DNA from: a virus
Direction: 5' to 3' (one strand)
DNA: 64,000 nucleotides
Virus record (IMG/VR): IMGVR_UViG_3300027792_000292
Span: 32,001-96,000 of that record
The notes below the pieces were generated by a model. That model searched no databases. It had not been told where the DNA came from and was given only the letters and a program-made list of their open reading frames with translations. This document shows positions 1 through 12,400 of the stretch, piece by piece. A program made the translations under genes and the position numbers. Within the stretch, counting starts at the first letter, position 1. Each line of letters opens with the position of its first letter.

Positions 1-2198
1 GCTATAAAGAAAGAGTAGTATCTGTAAGACCTTTAGCTTCTTTTTATGCTAGTTCTACATCTGCACTAACAGGAGAACTTATATCTTTTAATGGGCTAGG
101 TTCTACAGTAACGATAACTAATTGGGATTGGACTTTTGGAGATAGTACTTTTGGTACTGGTTCTACTATAGCAAAGTCATATGCAACAGCAGGAACATAT
201 AGCGTTACATTAAGAGTAACAGGTACAGATGGCTTAATAGATAGTCAGCAACAAATAAATTTAATTACTGTATATAATAATGTAACAGCAAATTTTACGT
301 TTACGCCACCAACTGGAAAGAATCCATTAGACGTAACCTTCACGGATACCTCTACAGGGAGTCCTACTTCTTGGGCGTGGGATTTTGGTAATGGGGACAC
401 GGCTTCGACACAGGGGCCTCATACTATTACATATTTAACTAATAACGTATATACTATTACTCTTACTGTTACAGGTCCTGGGCCTAGTAATACTAGTACT
501 AAAACAGCTACGATATCGATAAAACCAAAAGCTAACTTTATATTTACCCCCACGTCTGGGCCGTTACCTTTGGCTGTGGCTTTTACTGATGCTTCGTCTA
601 CTAATATCTCGACGTGGGATTGGGATTTTGGGGATAGCTTAGGTACCAGTAATCTGCAGAATCCAACCTATCAGTATACTGAAGTAGGGGAAAGGAATAT
701 TAGGCTTACAGTTACAGGGCCTGGAGGTAGTGATACCATAACTCTTGGTCCCATAATAATAGAATTTCCAGGAGATGCTTATTATGTTGATTTGAATATA
801 AATACCTCTGGAGGAATAGGTACCGCAAGTGACCCGCTTAATTATACAGAGTTTGTTAGTGCTACAGATGACACTTTACCTTATAAAATAAGAGGGGCAA
901 GGCTTCTTACTGAAACCGACCCCTACTATGTAGATAAGATAGGATTTACTTTAGATGCCTGGGATTATAGTTTATACGGTCCCTGGAGAATAAAGGCATC
1001 TGATCCTTCTCAGTCTACATTTGTTCTTAATATAAGTGATTGTTCAAATTTGATTCTTGAGACAGAGTTTGTAAATGAAGATGGTACAGCAGGGTTAGAG
1101 TTAGGTGTTCATGGGGTAGTCAAAACTACTAGCATAAGAGTAAAGGATAAATGTATTCTCACAATGATTGGGGATGCTACTTTTAATGGATCAAATATAA
1201 TTGCAGGCCCGAGTAACTTAATATTAAATTATGATATTGGGTATAAATCAGAATTTAATAATTGTTTCATGGATGTAAAAGATATAGGAGTAACAGGTTC
1301 ATTAAGTGAATCTCAATTCTCTATACAGCATAGTGTCTGTAATCATGGCGGAAAGAATAGATTTGGTTCGGAAGTAGAAGGAATAGCCTCTTATACTGGA
1401 GTACAATTCGGGTATGATAACCCGGAACCATGGCCCGCTTGGGATGCTGGTGTAACAGGCGGTGGTTTAACAGGGTTTAACCCTGATCCTACAAAGTGGG
1501 CAAAGTGGTCCATTTGGGGAAAGAGAATTGTTATTGGTTCTGAAGATTTCTCTTCTATTCCATCAGGCCCTTTTAATGAAACTAGACTTGGAATAGGAGA
1601 CTTCTATTTTGATGCCCAGCCGGAAGAGACTGTTTCAATTTCTAAGGAAGCTTTTATAAATGTTCTGGATAGGGGACTCAAGACTAGTACAAAATTTGTA
1701 GGTATTGGATGGATAAAAAATCCGTTAGTAGCAGAAGGTCATGTATTGTATCCTATGGTAGTTTCTGATCCATATGGAGATGTCTTAGATACAAATGCTT
1801 CTTTCAGGTTAGAGATAAAAAAAGAAGGAACAGATTTCAGGTTACAATTCTCTGGTTCTAAATCTAAGTTAATAGCTAAGACTATAGATATAAAACTTGA
1901 TGATAAGCAGTGGCATTTTATTAGTTATATTTGTTTAGATGATGACGGGCATATGATGTATTATGTAGATGGGGAAAGATTAGAAGCGGAAGATGGGTTA
2001 GATGATGAAGGTTTAGAGTTCTCCATAGCAAGAACAAAAGCAGTAAGAATAGGCGGTGGAAATGTATATTGCCCGTATCTTTATGAAACTAATACTGGAA
2101 TTAATCTGTATAATTGGAGAGTTGGTATAGGATTTACTATTCATCAACAATGGATTAAAGATTTAATGAGTATAGACAGATCAGACTTGGAGATATAA
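1..2198 (+). CDS. PKD-repeat virion/adhesin protein with beta-helix module and C-terminal LamG-like domain (5' partial)
   Basis: Frame of the 570 ORF is open back to base 3 and encodes more PKD repeats (WDWTFGD, WAWDFGNG, WDWDFGD); C-terminal DDKQWHF...YYVDG is LamG-like. Confidence 0.75.
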   Translation, partial: YKERVVSVRPLASFYASSTSALTGELISFNGLGSTVTITNWDWTFGDSTFGTGSTIAKSYATAGTYSVTLRVTGTDGLIDSQQQINLITVYNNVTANFTFTPPTGKNPLDVTFTDTSTGSPTSWAWDFGNGDTASTQGPHTITYLTNNVYTITLTVTGPGPSNTSTKTATISIKPKANFIFTPTSGPLPLAVAFTDASSTNISTWDWDFGDSLGTSNLQNPTYQYTEVGERNIRLTVTGPGGSDTITLGPIIIEFPGDAYYVDLNINTSGGIGTASDPLNYTEFVSATDDTLPYKIRGARLLTETDPYYVDKIGFTLDAWDYSLYGPWRIKASDPSQSTFVLNISDCSNLILETEFVNEDGTAGLELGVHGVVKTTSIRVKDKCILTMIGDATFNGSNIIAGPSNLILNYDIGYKSEFNNCFMDVKDIGVTGSLSESQFSIQHSVCNHGGKNRFGSEVEGIASYTGVQFGYDNPEPWPAWDAGVTGGGLTGFNPDPTKWAKWSIWGKRIVIGSEDFSSIPSGPFNETRLGIGDFYFDAQPEETVSISKEAFINVLDRGLKTSTKFVGIGWIKNPLVAEGHVLYPMVVSDPYGDVLDTNASFRLEIKKEGTDFRLQFSGSKSKLIAKTIDIKLDDKQWHFISYICLDDDGHMMYYVDGERLEAEDGLDDEGLEFSIARTKAVRIGGGNVYCPYLYETNTGINLYNWRVGIGFTIHQQWIKDLMSIDRSDLEI

Positions 2199-2199
2199 A

Positions 2200-5100
2200 A
2201 TGGCTATATATGTTGATATAAATTCTACCTATACAGGTTCTAATCATTCAGGATCTACATCTGACCCATGGTCTTGGACACAGTGGCTATCAGCTACTAA
2301 AAATACTATTTATTATTTTAGGGGCATGAGAAGTACAAGTTCATCTATATCTTATGGTACTAGCTCATATACTATAGATGCTTGGGATTTGAAGTTATAT
2401 GGGCCGTGGAAATTAACTGTTAATGATGCAAATTCAATAAATGCTAAATACATTAATGGGTACCTATCAGTCTCTAGTACTACTGATTTTAAGTTTTCTG
2501 AACTAACAAATTCTTTTATTGTTGTTCCTACCGCTGCCTTAGTAAATATAGCAGGTAGCGGGACTATAGCAAAATCTACTTTTAAGTGTGGTACTATTAC
2601 CTGTTTAGGTACTACATCAATTACTGACTCTATAATTAATGCCTCAATAACGTTACCCTCTGGAAATGTATTAAACGTATCTGATACAGTGACCGATAAG
2701 TCAGGACCCTCAACTTTTGTAATAGGTTCAGGAACTATAACTCTTACTGACATTATATATAATTGGTCCCCACCAGCGTATCCTACGTACTCTGACCCTG
2801 AGTTATCTAATTTTAATCTTTATGACGGCTATGGCGTAGGGTACCCATTAATATGGACGTATATATTACCTTATAAAAAATATGTATTTTTGAGTTCTAC
2901 GTACACTTCAGCAGGGCATGCAGGGACAATCTCAGATCCCTGGTCTTTTGTAGATTTTAGTTCGGGTATAAGAGATAATGGGGTGTACTATCTTAAGGGT
3001 CAGTATACCATAACATCTAATTTTACGAGTACAAAAACATTTAGTATGCGAGCTTGGGATGTAGGTCAGTACGGACCCTGGAGGATAAGAGGTTCCGCAA
3101 ACTCTTTCTCTGCTATAAATGTATCTTTATACGATGGTTACCTTGAGGGGACAAATGTTAGTTACTTAAATGCTACACGAATGTATATTTACACATCATC
3201 TGGTGTAGGAACTAATACAATTAGTAGCTCAGGTACCGTATCTCAGACAACATTAGTACATAAACAGGACCTGACTATTTCTATTGGCACTGTTACTATG
3301 AGTAATGTTGTTTTTTGGGGAATAGATACTGGCGATAATATCTCTGTATCACTAGGGGCCACTTTAAATATAGATACTTGTTATACAAATAAAACAAATA
3401 GAACAAGTTTATTTACTATATCAGGTACCGTTAATGATACAAATATAACATATAGTCAAGTCTTTTCTTCACTGCCTTTATGGACATCTACAGACCTAAG
3501 AGACTTTAATTTGAATAGCTTAGGTTCGGGGGTAGCATCAGAAAATAACTGGGCAAGCGGAAATAATTTTTACATTAGTTTAGAGGAGACCTCCACCGGA
3601 AATTCTGGAACTTACGGGGATCAGCGTATTGGATGGACTGAGCTACTAACTAAGCTTGGTACTACTCTGACAGCCGGAACAATATTTTACTGTAGAGGCA
3701 GTAGGACGCTATCAGCTAACCTTAGTTATACTGCGAGTGCTATATCTTTTAAGGCTTGGGATAAATCATCTTATGGTCCATGGAGAATAAAGACTAGTAC
3801 CTATACTTTGAATATCCCTTATATAAGTCTTTATGGCGGCCTCATAGATACAACAAGCAGTAGTAGTGCTACTATGTCTTCTCTTAGTGGGTGCTATATA
3901 ATAGGAGGAGCTGGAGATATACCTATACTAAAAGGTTATGCTGCTACTTCTATAACTCTGATTGATAGGACAACATTTGTTTTAACAGGAAAGCTACAAA
4001 TAGACCAACCTCCTTTGGTAGCTAGAACATACACCTTTACTAAATGTATAATGTATACTTCTGGAGGTGCGACATTCCTTGACTCAGACTCTGGGAATAC
4101 GGTAAATATCACAGATTGTATTACTAATAAATCGAACTTAGCTAATTTCACTAATTATACTCCAGCTGTTAATGCTACTAATCTGACCTATGGGTGGACT
4201 CCTCCTGTATCGTTACCTGCATGGAATGCCACTGATTTGTACTCCTATAAACTTGTAGGGACTTCTGATGCATCCGATTATGGATGTCAAGAATTTCCTA
4301 CTATATTATATGCGGATATTGCAGTAACAAATGATTTATCAGAATATAATGGTGAAGACTTTAATAATCCCGCATCTTTTCGTACAGTATACAGCCTACT
4401 ATCAACAATAGCACGGTCTTATATTTATTTAAAAGGAGCTAGAGATATAACTAGCGAGGTAGATTATGATGTCAATAATTTATCTTATCCTAATGCTAGT
4501 ACCACAGTATTAGCATGGGATAAAAGTTTATATGGCCCGTGGCAAATAAGGTCAGAAAGTATATCTAATAAAGGAATAAATTTAGTAGATGGTATAATGT
4601 ACTCTATAAATAATATATCTATATATGGGGTACATGAACAGTCTACTGATAGTATAAGTTATAAAGGTACGTTTTTTAATGCGGGATCGGCAGTTATAGT
4701 AGGTTCCGGGAGAAAAAATATAAAAGGCTGTAGTCTTATATCAAGTACAGTATCTACATCTTTTATAGAGGATGTACCAGATGATGTTCCCTATAATACA
4801 TACATAAATGATAACTTTAATGACGGGGCCGCTAATAGTTGGTGGGATTCCGAATTTAGAACAGGTCCCGATGCTTTTGAGATAGAGCAGTTTCCTCCGG
4901 GATCAGGTAACTACGTAGCAGTACAAAATAGTGATGACGACATAAGGCTCACCCCTGATGGAGTAAGCCTTACTGGTGACTTTGAATTAGAGATGGAAAT
5001 AATTTTTGGAGCTACCCAAACAGGTAATGTGTCAGAGCATCTGATGATTTTTAATGCCGGAACAAATGCTGAAATATTAGATTATTATTGGTCTGGCGGT

Positions 5101-7815
5101 TATCTACATTTTCACGGAAGTTCTGTATACCTACCAGCATCTCCCTACGGTAGCATCTTTATAAAATTGGTAAGAATAGGCTCAAGCATCTATGCTTATT
5201 ATTCTGATATTAATAGTACAAATAGCTGGACACTACACCCTGGAAGCGCCATAACTTATAGCGGCTCTTACTATGTTGGGATAAATGGAGCTGATAATAA
5301 CGGTATAGGAGAGTTTAACTTTTCAACAGAGGGTAGTGTACCTGGGGATACGCATAGTTTTCCATACGGCAGTGTAGATGGTGACTCTTATTTAGAAAAC
5401 ACAGTAATTGATACCTCCGCTGTAAGTATAGGGTCTTGGGAGTATGCTACTATAGATATTACCTCTTCTCTGTTCTCAACTTCTCAGTGGGTTGGGACAG
5501 GGATAACATATAGTGGAACTAATCAATATTCCTGGACAAAAGCAACATCTTGGCCTCTATGGGATGAGGAAGAAGTAAATAATAGAGATATATATGGTTA
5601 TGGGCAGTGGAGCAGCAATATAACTATTTCAGGTGATTCCTCATTATGGGTTTCTTATTCTGAGGGCTTATGGGGGGAACCTCGTTTGGGAGTAGGGGCT
5701 TTTTATTTTAGCTCTTTATTAGATTTCTCAGGTGACCCCTTATTAGGGTACTTCTCTCCAGGAGGTGCTGATAGGGTGCAGTTTACTATAATAGATGATG
5801 CAGGAGCTACTAGCTGGAGATGGGATTTTGGAGATGGGACAAGTATCTTAATAACAGACCCTTTACTAAAAAATGTAGCACATGATTACACTGCTGAGGG
5901 AGTCTATACTGTATCTCTAACGCTTAATGAAAATGCCTCATTAAGGGTAACTAAATATGGGTATATAGTATGTCTTAGAATTCTTGACCTTTCTGTAATA
6001 AGTAATCCTTTATTCTACTATGGTAATGTACCAGGAACTGGAGTAACTTTCCAATTTGGAGTGACTAATCCTACAAGGACATTAGATAATACTGTAGTTG
6101 CAGGGTATAACGGATTTCATTGGGACTTTGGAGATAGCTCTACACAGGAAGGTGTTACAGGACCTTTTCATAATTACAATACTTATAATACTTTTCAAGT
6201 TGCTCTTACTCTAAGAGATATAGGTATTTCTGGTATAGATTCTACTAAGCAGACAACTACATTTTTAAGAAATGTATCTATATTTAATTTATTGATACAA
6301 GTAACTCCTAATCTTGGTTTATTACCTCTTCCAGTTACTTTCACGGTAACTTCTGCTCCTGGATCATATGAGCCTGTAACCTGGAGATGGTTATTTAGAG
6401 ATTCTTCTGAGTCTAATACTAAGAATACATCACACACCTATACTACCGCAGGAGTATATGATGTGGTTTTGATAACTGATGAAGGGTTACCTACTCAGCA
6501 GATATTTAGTTCTGATCCTTTATATCCTGGAGTAACTCAAGTAGTATCTAATATGCGGGTAGTAGCATCTGGACTAAACGCTGATTTTGAAGTAATACCA
6601 TCACATGGCTATATTCCATTTACAGGGTCATTTAATGGCTCTCTATCACAAGGATCTATTACGGGATGGGAATGGATATTTGATGATGGGTCTTCACATT
6701 TATTTGGAGTAACGGCTCCAGTCCATGTTTATGGTACAGCGGACACTTATAGCCCTAGTTTAACTGTTTATGATATTTATGGTCTTATAAGTACTAAAAC
6801 AAAAACTTTAGATATTTTACCTAGTCTAGATATAAATATCTCTTTTGATACTACTTATGTCCCCAATAATGTTACATTTACACCCGTCAATGATGACTAT
6901 GCTGAGACGTGGGACTGGGAGCTGATACACACAGATAGCATATTAGGGGAATTAATAATAGATAGGAAGAATGCTGTTACTTCCTTGGATAAAGTCTTTG
7001 TGACAGGCTTAGCGGCTCCAACAAGCTACAAAATAAGACTTACTATAACTGATGATCTTAGTAATGTATACATAGTAAATAAAACATTTAGTGTTCCAGA
7101 GCACATAGCTATAGTAACAACTCCTACCCCTGCAACAGGTAAGAATCCACTTACTGTAGACTTCTCAACTACAGGAGCTGTATATAGTACGGTGACTACC
7201 TGGGAGTGGGATTTTACTGGAGATGGTATTTATGAAGCGACTACTGAAACAGCAAGTTATACCTATCTTATAGATGCTGTTTACTTAGCTTTTCTGCATC
7301 TTACCTGGAGACTTCAGGATATAGATGTGCCAGGAAAATCAGCGACAGTATCTTTGGATAAATATGTAGGAGTTCATGTTGTTCCAAATCTTTTATCAGT
7401 AAGTATAGAAGCTACCCCAGTTATAGGACAGAAAGACTTAGATGTGAACTTTGTCGGAATAGCTAATAATCCTATAGTCTCCTGGAATTGGGAATTAGAG
7501 GGGGTTGGGAATATAGGCTCAACTCAAGAGGTAAATTATACGTTTACAGAAATAGGGAGTTACATTGTAACCCTTACAGTTTCTGATTCTTTCGGGAATG
7601 GGCCTTTATCTACAAATGTCACAATAACAGTTTTATCAGGGGTTTCTACCCCAGATATAGCTCCTGGAGATGATACTTTTTTATCTCTGGGTGGTTCAGG
7701 GAATATTGTAACTCATGAAGGTAAGGGAGTAACATTAAGGATACCTATATATGAAACCAATCCAACACCTTTCGGGTTTACAAGAAGTTACGGGCCAACC
7801 ATAATATTTGATTAG
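2200..7815 (+). CDS. 1871-aa virion protein with four AWD-x3-YGPW modules and multiple PKD domains
   Basis: Repeated WxWDFGDG PKD motifs in the C-terminal third; Ser/Thr-rich repeated N-terminal modules. Confidence 0.75.
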   Translation: MAIYVDINSTYTGSNHSGSTSDPWSWTQWLSATKNTIYYFRGMRSTSSSISYGTSSYTIDAWDLKLYGPWKLTVNDANSINAKYINGYLSVSSTTDFKFSELTNSFIVVPTAALVNIAGSGTIAKSTFKCGTITCLGTTSITDSIINASITLPSGNVLNVSDTVTDKSGPSTFVIGSGTITLTDIIYNWSPPAYPTYSDPELSNFNLYDGYGVGYPLIWTYILPYKKYVFLSSTYTSAGHAGTISDPWSFVDFSSGIRDNGVYYLKGQYTITSNFTSTKTFSMRAWDVGQYGPWRIRGSANSFSAINVSLYDGYLEGTNVSYLNATRMYIYTSSGVGTNTISSSGTVSQTTLVHKQDLTISIGTVTMSNVVFWGIDTGDNISVSLGATLNIDTCYTNKTNRTSLFTISGTVNDTNITYSQVFSSLPLWTSTDLRDFNLNSLGSGVASENNWASGNNFYISLEETSTGNSGTYGDQRIGWTELLTKLGTTLTAGTIFYCRGSRTLSANLSYTASAISFKAWDKSSYGPWRIKTSTYTLNIPYISLYGGLIDTTSSSSATMSSLSGCYIIGGAGDIPILKGYAATSITLIDRTTFVLTGKLQIDQPPLVARTYTFTKCIMYTSGGATFLDSDSGNTVNITDCITNKSNLANFTNYTPAVNATNLTYGWTPPVSLPAWNATDLYSYKLVGTSDASDYGCQEFPTILYADIAVTNDLSEYNGEDFNNPASFRTVYSLLSTIARSYIYLKGARDITSEVDYDVNNLSYPNASTTVLAWDKSLYGPWQIRSESISNKGINLVDGIMYSINNISIYGVHEQSTDSISYKGTFFNAGSAVIVGSGRKNIKGCSLISSTVSTSFIEDVPDDVPYNTYINDNFNDGAANSWWDSEFRTGPDAFEIEQFPPGSGNYVAVQNSDDDIRLTPDGVSLTGDFELEMEIIFGATQTGNVSEHLMIFNAGTNAEILDYYWSGGYLHFHGSSVYLPASPYGSIFIKLVRIGSSIYAYYSDINSTNSWTLHPGSAITYSGSYYVGINGADNNGIGEFNFSTEGSVPGDTHSFPYGSVDGDSYLENTVIDTSAVSIGSWEYATIDITSSLFSTSQWVGTGITYSGTNQYSWTKATSWPLWDEEEVNNRDIYGYGQWSSNITISGDSSLWVSYSEGLWGEPRLGVGAFYFSSLLDFSGDPLLGYFSPGGADRVQFTIIDDAGATSWRWDFGDGTSILITDPLLKNVAHDYTAEGVYTVSLTLNENASLRVTKYGYIVCLRILDLSVISNPLFYYGNVPGTGVTFQFGVTNPTRTLDNTVVAGYNGFHWDFGDSSTQEGVTGPFHNYNTYNTFQVALTLRDIGISGIDSTKQTTTFLRNVSIFNLLIQVTPNLGLLPLPVTFTVTSAPGSYEPVTWRWLFRDSSESNTKNTSHTYTTAGVYDVVLITDEGLPTQQIFSSDPLYPGVTQVVSNMRVVASGLNADFEVIPSHGYIPFTGSFNGSLSQGSITGWEWIFDDGSSHLFGVTAPVHVYGTADTYSPSLTVYDIYGLISTKTKTLDILPSLDINISFDTTYVPNNVTFTPVNDDYAETWDWELIHTDSILGELIIDRKNAVTSLDKVFVTGLAAPTSYKIRLTITDDLSNVYIVNKTFSVPEHIAIVTTPTPATGKNPLTVDFSTTGAVYSTVTTWEWDFTGDGIYEATTETASYTYLIDAVYLAFLHLTWRLQDIDVPGKSATVSLDKYVGVHVVPNLLSVSIEATPVIGQKDLDVNFVGIANNPIVSWNWELEGVGNIGSTQEVNYTFTEIGSYIVTLTVSDSFGNGPLSTNVTITVLSGVSTPDIAPGDDTFLSLGGSGNIVTHEGKGVTLRIPIYETNPTPFGFTRSYGPTIIFD

Positions 7816-7823
7816 GATTAAGT

Positions 7824-8471
7824 ATGATAAGACCAAAAATAACAGTAATAGATGCTAAATCTACCCCATTAATTGCTGATAGTACAGTAAGAATAAGGGC
7901 TGCATCATTTGTCTATGAAAATAATTGGGTAAATTTTGAGGGCACCTTATTCAATGTTACTGACTATATATCAAGTGTAGTAGTATCCCCAAGGACTAGG
8001 TTCTTCATTAATAGGAATTATGCAGTTTATCTTGTCGTAGGTTTAACTAAAGATGGAGAAATTACAGTATTAGAGGGGCCTCAAGTAGATATTACAAAAC
8101 AAACTGTGATACCTGCTCCAGATACGTTCAATATTATCCCTTTGGTAGGCATCACCCTGATACAGGATGGAACGACCGATATGATTAACGGGTTTAAACC
8201 GTTAAAAGATACCAACGTAACTTTCTTCTCTGGGACTGGAAATGTAATTGATAAAAATAAACTTGGAGACCCTGGAATTGATAGCAATGATTTCGGGCAC
8301 ACAGGAGTTCAGGGGTTGACTGGAAGTGAAGGTACTAACGGCATTACGGGGTATGCAGGAGTAACGGGGCATAAAGGAAGAATGATTCCTGGAGATGTAG
8401 GTGACACAGGACTAAATGGTATGACAGGTATAAATTGGGCTATACATATCCCATTTAAGCTATTCTTTTAA
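7824..8471 (+). CDS. structural protein with collagen-like Gly-X-Y tract
   Basis: GHTGVQGLTGSEGTNGITGYAGVTG; N-domain paralogous to next ORF (LIQDG...G.KP). Confidence 0.65.
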   Translation: MIRPKITVIDAKSTPLIADSTVRIRAASFVYENNWVNFEGTLFNVTDYISSVVVSPRTRFFINRNYAVYLVVGLTKDGEITVLEGPQVDITKQTVIPAPDTFNIIPLVGITLIQDGTTDMINGFKPLKDTNVTFFSGTGNVIDKNKLGDPGIDSNDFGHTGVQGLTGSEGTNGITGYAGVTGHKGRMIPGDVGDTGLNGMTGINWAIHIPFKLFF

Positions 8472-8502
8472 CTAATAATCTAATAATAAAACAAGGCATA
8501 TT

Positions 8503-9405
8503 ATGGGTTTAAGTACAAGAAAAGAAGGGGACTTTACTACAATTACTAAAGACGCGACTGTTTATGGGGATAATATAGTCTTCATAAGAGGCGGCTCCGT
8601 AATAATTAATGATACATGGGTTCACTTTAATGACATTACTATTGATATAAAAAAAGCTATAGATGACTATATAAAAAGTAGTCCGAGACTATTTAATGCC
8701 AGAAAAGGTATCATATATATACTTATATGCATGACAGAATCAAGTTCTATAGTATTAGTTCCAAGTATTTCTTTTTTACAGACTACCTCAGGAGAGATAA
8801 GGTCTTTTCCAGATCTTTCAGGAAAACTTCCTCTTCTTATGGTAAAATTGATTCAGGATGGGTCTTTCGGTTTAACCGGGTACAATCCCATTACAAAAAA
8901 TGATATACAGATATATGATGGTTATGGTAATTTTACGTTAAAAGGAGATCTTGGGGATACTGGTGCTAAAGGAGATACTGGAGCTTTAGGGATAACAGGG
9001 GTACAGGGGCTAACAGGTCATGGGGGTATAACAGGAAATCCTGGGATAACAGGGATAGATGGTATCTCAGTTAAAGGTGTAACAGGGCATGTTGGTAATG
9101 CTGGAGATCGCATCCCGTGGTTTACTCCTGATCGTGTAGCCTTACCGATAGTAGACTTTATAGGTGCTCCTACTGGTGGAAATATAACATATACAGTTGC
9201 ATTTACTGATTTGTCTACTGGGAATCCTACAGAGTGGTTTTGGGATTTTGGAGATGGAGAATCGTCAACTGAACAAAATCCTGTTCACGAATACTATTTT
9301 CCAGATGTTTTAGATAATCCTATATTACATGATGTATATCTTAGAGTAGAGAATGAAGCTGGTTACGGAGAAGAGTTAAAGTTTGATTACATAGTTATAG
9401 CTTAA
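8503..9405 (+). CDS. structural protein, collagen-like tract plus PKD domain
   Basis: GDTGAKGDTGALGITG repeats; WFWDFGDG; paralogue of 7824 ORF. Confidence 0.7.
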   Translation: MGLSTRKEGDFTTITKDATVYGDNIVFIRGGSVIINDTWVHFNDITIDIKKAIDDYIKSSPRLFNARKGIIYILICMTESSSIVLVPSISFLQTTSGEIRSFPDLSGKLPLLMVKLIQDGSFGLTGYNPITKNDIQIYDGYGNFTLKGDLGDTGAKGDTGALGITGVQGLTGHGGITGNPGITGIDGISVKGVTGHVGNAGDRIPWFTPDRVALPIVDFIGAPTGGNITYTVAFTDLSTGNPTEWFWDFGDGESSTEQNPVHEYYFPDVLDNPILHDVYLRVENEAGYGEELKFDYIVIA

Positions 9406-9419
9406 AATAAACAGGTATT

Positions 9420-12400
9420 ATGAAAACTATATCTAATCTGAGCGAAACTGAAAAGCTAGGTAAGAGACGCTTTAAAAGTGGTATCGAGTTTGAGAAGCAG
9501 GTAAGAGACCTTACTGCTACTATACAAACTCGACTATTAAGTGTTTTGCCCAGTAATTATCCTAAGAATAATAGTACAAATTTAGGATTGATGTATAAGG
9601 CTATTGCTCATGAATTGGCGCTGCTTCAAACGTCTTTGTCTGATATAATTGAAGACCAATATCATACTACAACCAGAATAGAATACATATATCAAATCCT
9701 TGGGGATCTTCTTTTTCTTGGTTCGAAGTCCATCAACGAAAATCTTGCAGACACAGAATATAGAGACTTCTTAATAAAGGTAAGAAATGCCTATTTTGTA
9801 GGAAGCTCAAAAGATAACATAGAATCTTCTGTTTCGGACATACTTGGATTACCTGTTACCCTAAAAGAGTTATATCTTGAGTTAAGAAATCCAGAGACTT
9901 CCTATACATTAAAAGATACTAACAAGATGTTTTTTGACATCTTGATGGACTCGGTAACAGCCTCATCTAACATTGGTAATATGCTGGAAGATATAAGATT
10001 TTTTATCAATCTTATAAAGCCTGCTCATACCCTATATGATACAAGACTAATCTATACAGAATCTTTCGAAAATAATGATGGGGCCTGTGAACCAGTGTAT
10101 GATGATATTGAGATAACGGAAGATATATATGATACGGATAGAATGTATGTTATCACCTATCTTACTACAAAAATATCTCAACTGGAGATTGCCAGTGCTT
10201 TGCCCACTGGAGGAGTTATAGCAGAAATTGATACATTAAATAGGGTTATTATTTTTACAGATAACAGGATTTTAGTCTATAGGGTAAGCACAACAATAAT
10301 TCATAGGGATTTGTCAGATGTTGAAACAACAATTTCGGCAGATGACCTTGATGTAGGAGATTATTTAGAATTTGTAGGTACAGTAGATAGTAGCACAACA
10401 TCCTCCATCATAGATACGGATTGGCTATATACAGGGATTATTTCAGATATTAATGCAACTACTGAACTTGTAACTTTAGAAGATGGAAGTATTATTACAT
10501 ATAATGATGATACTTTAGCATATACAAGAGATGGAGCCGGGGAGCATAGAATAGAAGTAACTGACGTAGAAATAGGTCAGACTATCATATTCAGAGCAAA
10601 AAAGTACACAGATGAATTTCAGTTCTATAACGTCCCCACACAGGTTCAAAGTAACTACTATAAGCAATTTGATAGGGCTGTGGTAGAAAGACCTTTTTTC
10701 CAGGAGAATGTAAAAAAGGTCTTTGAAACGAGAGATGATATTGAAGAAGGATACCATGTTATTGTTGAAGACGGTATTGCTAAAGTAGTATTGGTTGATG
10801 GGAGATTTTACAAACAGTTAAACAAGAAAACTTATAAAAACGTAAAGATAACAAGGTACAGTTTATTTATAGACAATACCTATCAGGCTACTTTAAGTTA
10901 TGAAGAGCCGAATAATATTCAGGGCTTAGATGAAATAAAGAATACCTTCGCTGAAGACTATGGTTTTACAGGATTAAATGTTCCAAGTACTGACTACCAG
11001 ATAAAGATATATCATACAGGAGAACTAAAAGAATCATCTACTGACAGCGTGCTACAAACAAGCTATGATGATACAACCCATCTTTGCGACAGGCGTGCTG
11101 GGTGCTCTTTGCTCCCAATGTATGAAGATACCAGAAAGTACTGGACATGGCCTGACCTACAGCTTGTATCTGGATTCTTCAATAGCGTAGACCTTATTTA
11201 TGTATCTCCAGACATTTCAGGTCATAGTGTCCCAGGTTATTTTAGAATCTCAGATGATCCTAATAGCTATAGTGCCCCTATCCTGCCTATGTTTGGACCT
11301 TCAGGAGAATTAGCCACAGCAGCAGATTTGATTGTTTATCTCAATGGCTTAAAGGTAGAGGATGCCATAGATTCGGTTGATCCGTGGACAGGAATCATAT
11401 TCCTTAACTTCCTCCCACCATCAAACTCTAAAATCAGAGTGGATTATTACTACTCAAAGAGATATCCAGACCCAGTAAATTATACTGTATATGACCAGAA
11501 TAATTTAAAGTCTTATTATATAGATGAAACCGGAAATAAAGTATATAGAACTAAAAATTTGATACACCAAGATATAGGAGCCTCTTTTTCAATTATGCAG
11601 GGTCTTACTGGACCCTCTCCGAGACTTAGATGGCCTTTCCCAGTAAATGATCCGATGCTATTAGGGGATGATACTGATTATCAAATGAATCTTTTCCCTA
11701 TATTGAACAGGACAGGTCAACTTGCTTTTCCTGATGATATCTCTGTCTCTATCGGTTCAGTAGTAACTTCAAAACAAGTAAGCACCGCTATAGGATTAGA
11801 TGTAGTAGGAATGCCTAATATCCCAACAGGAATCACAGGTGGCGATACCATAGTAATAGATGCCACTAATTATTTGGATAATACACTTATATATAGTATT
11901 GTTGGACTTACAGGTATTGTTGGTATTACGGGCACTGAAGGGATAACCGGGGATATAGGAGTGGTTATCAATTCTCCTTTTCCTGTAGCATCCCAAACAC
12001 TATTTGAAAGCACTATAATAAGATACACTGGTGTTACAGGAGCCGTAGAAAGTGTAAGACCTCTACTTGGTCATGTAAAGATTAACTTTTTACCCCCATC
12101 AGGTTCAGTCCTGAAGTTTGAGTACTACTATACGCATTTTGAAAGAAAATATAGATTTCAGACAGATTACACAAATGATTATTCAAAAACATTAGACCCA
12201 GGGTGGCATTACCAAGACTCGGGGTCTTTACCAGATATTTCCTATGGTCCAAGGTTTGGGTATAGCTTAGTTTTGGATTATGGTGTCACAGGGATGAGAG
12301 ACCCTGTTATTGATTTTGAGATGTTGAAGAAAATAGGGTACCGCTATCGTGCTTTCAATCTGTCACACAGTGCTGTTCTTAATTCATCGGATACGCTTGA

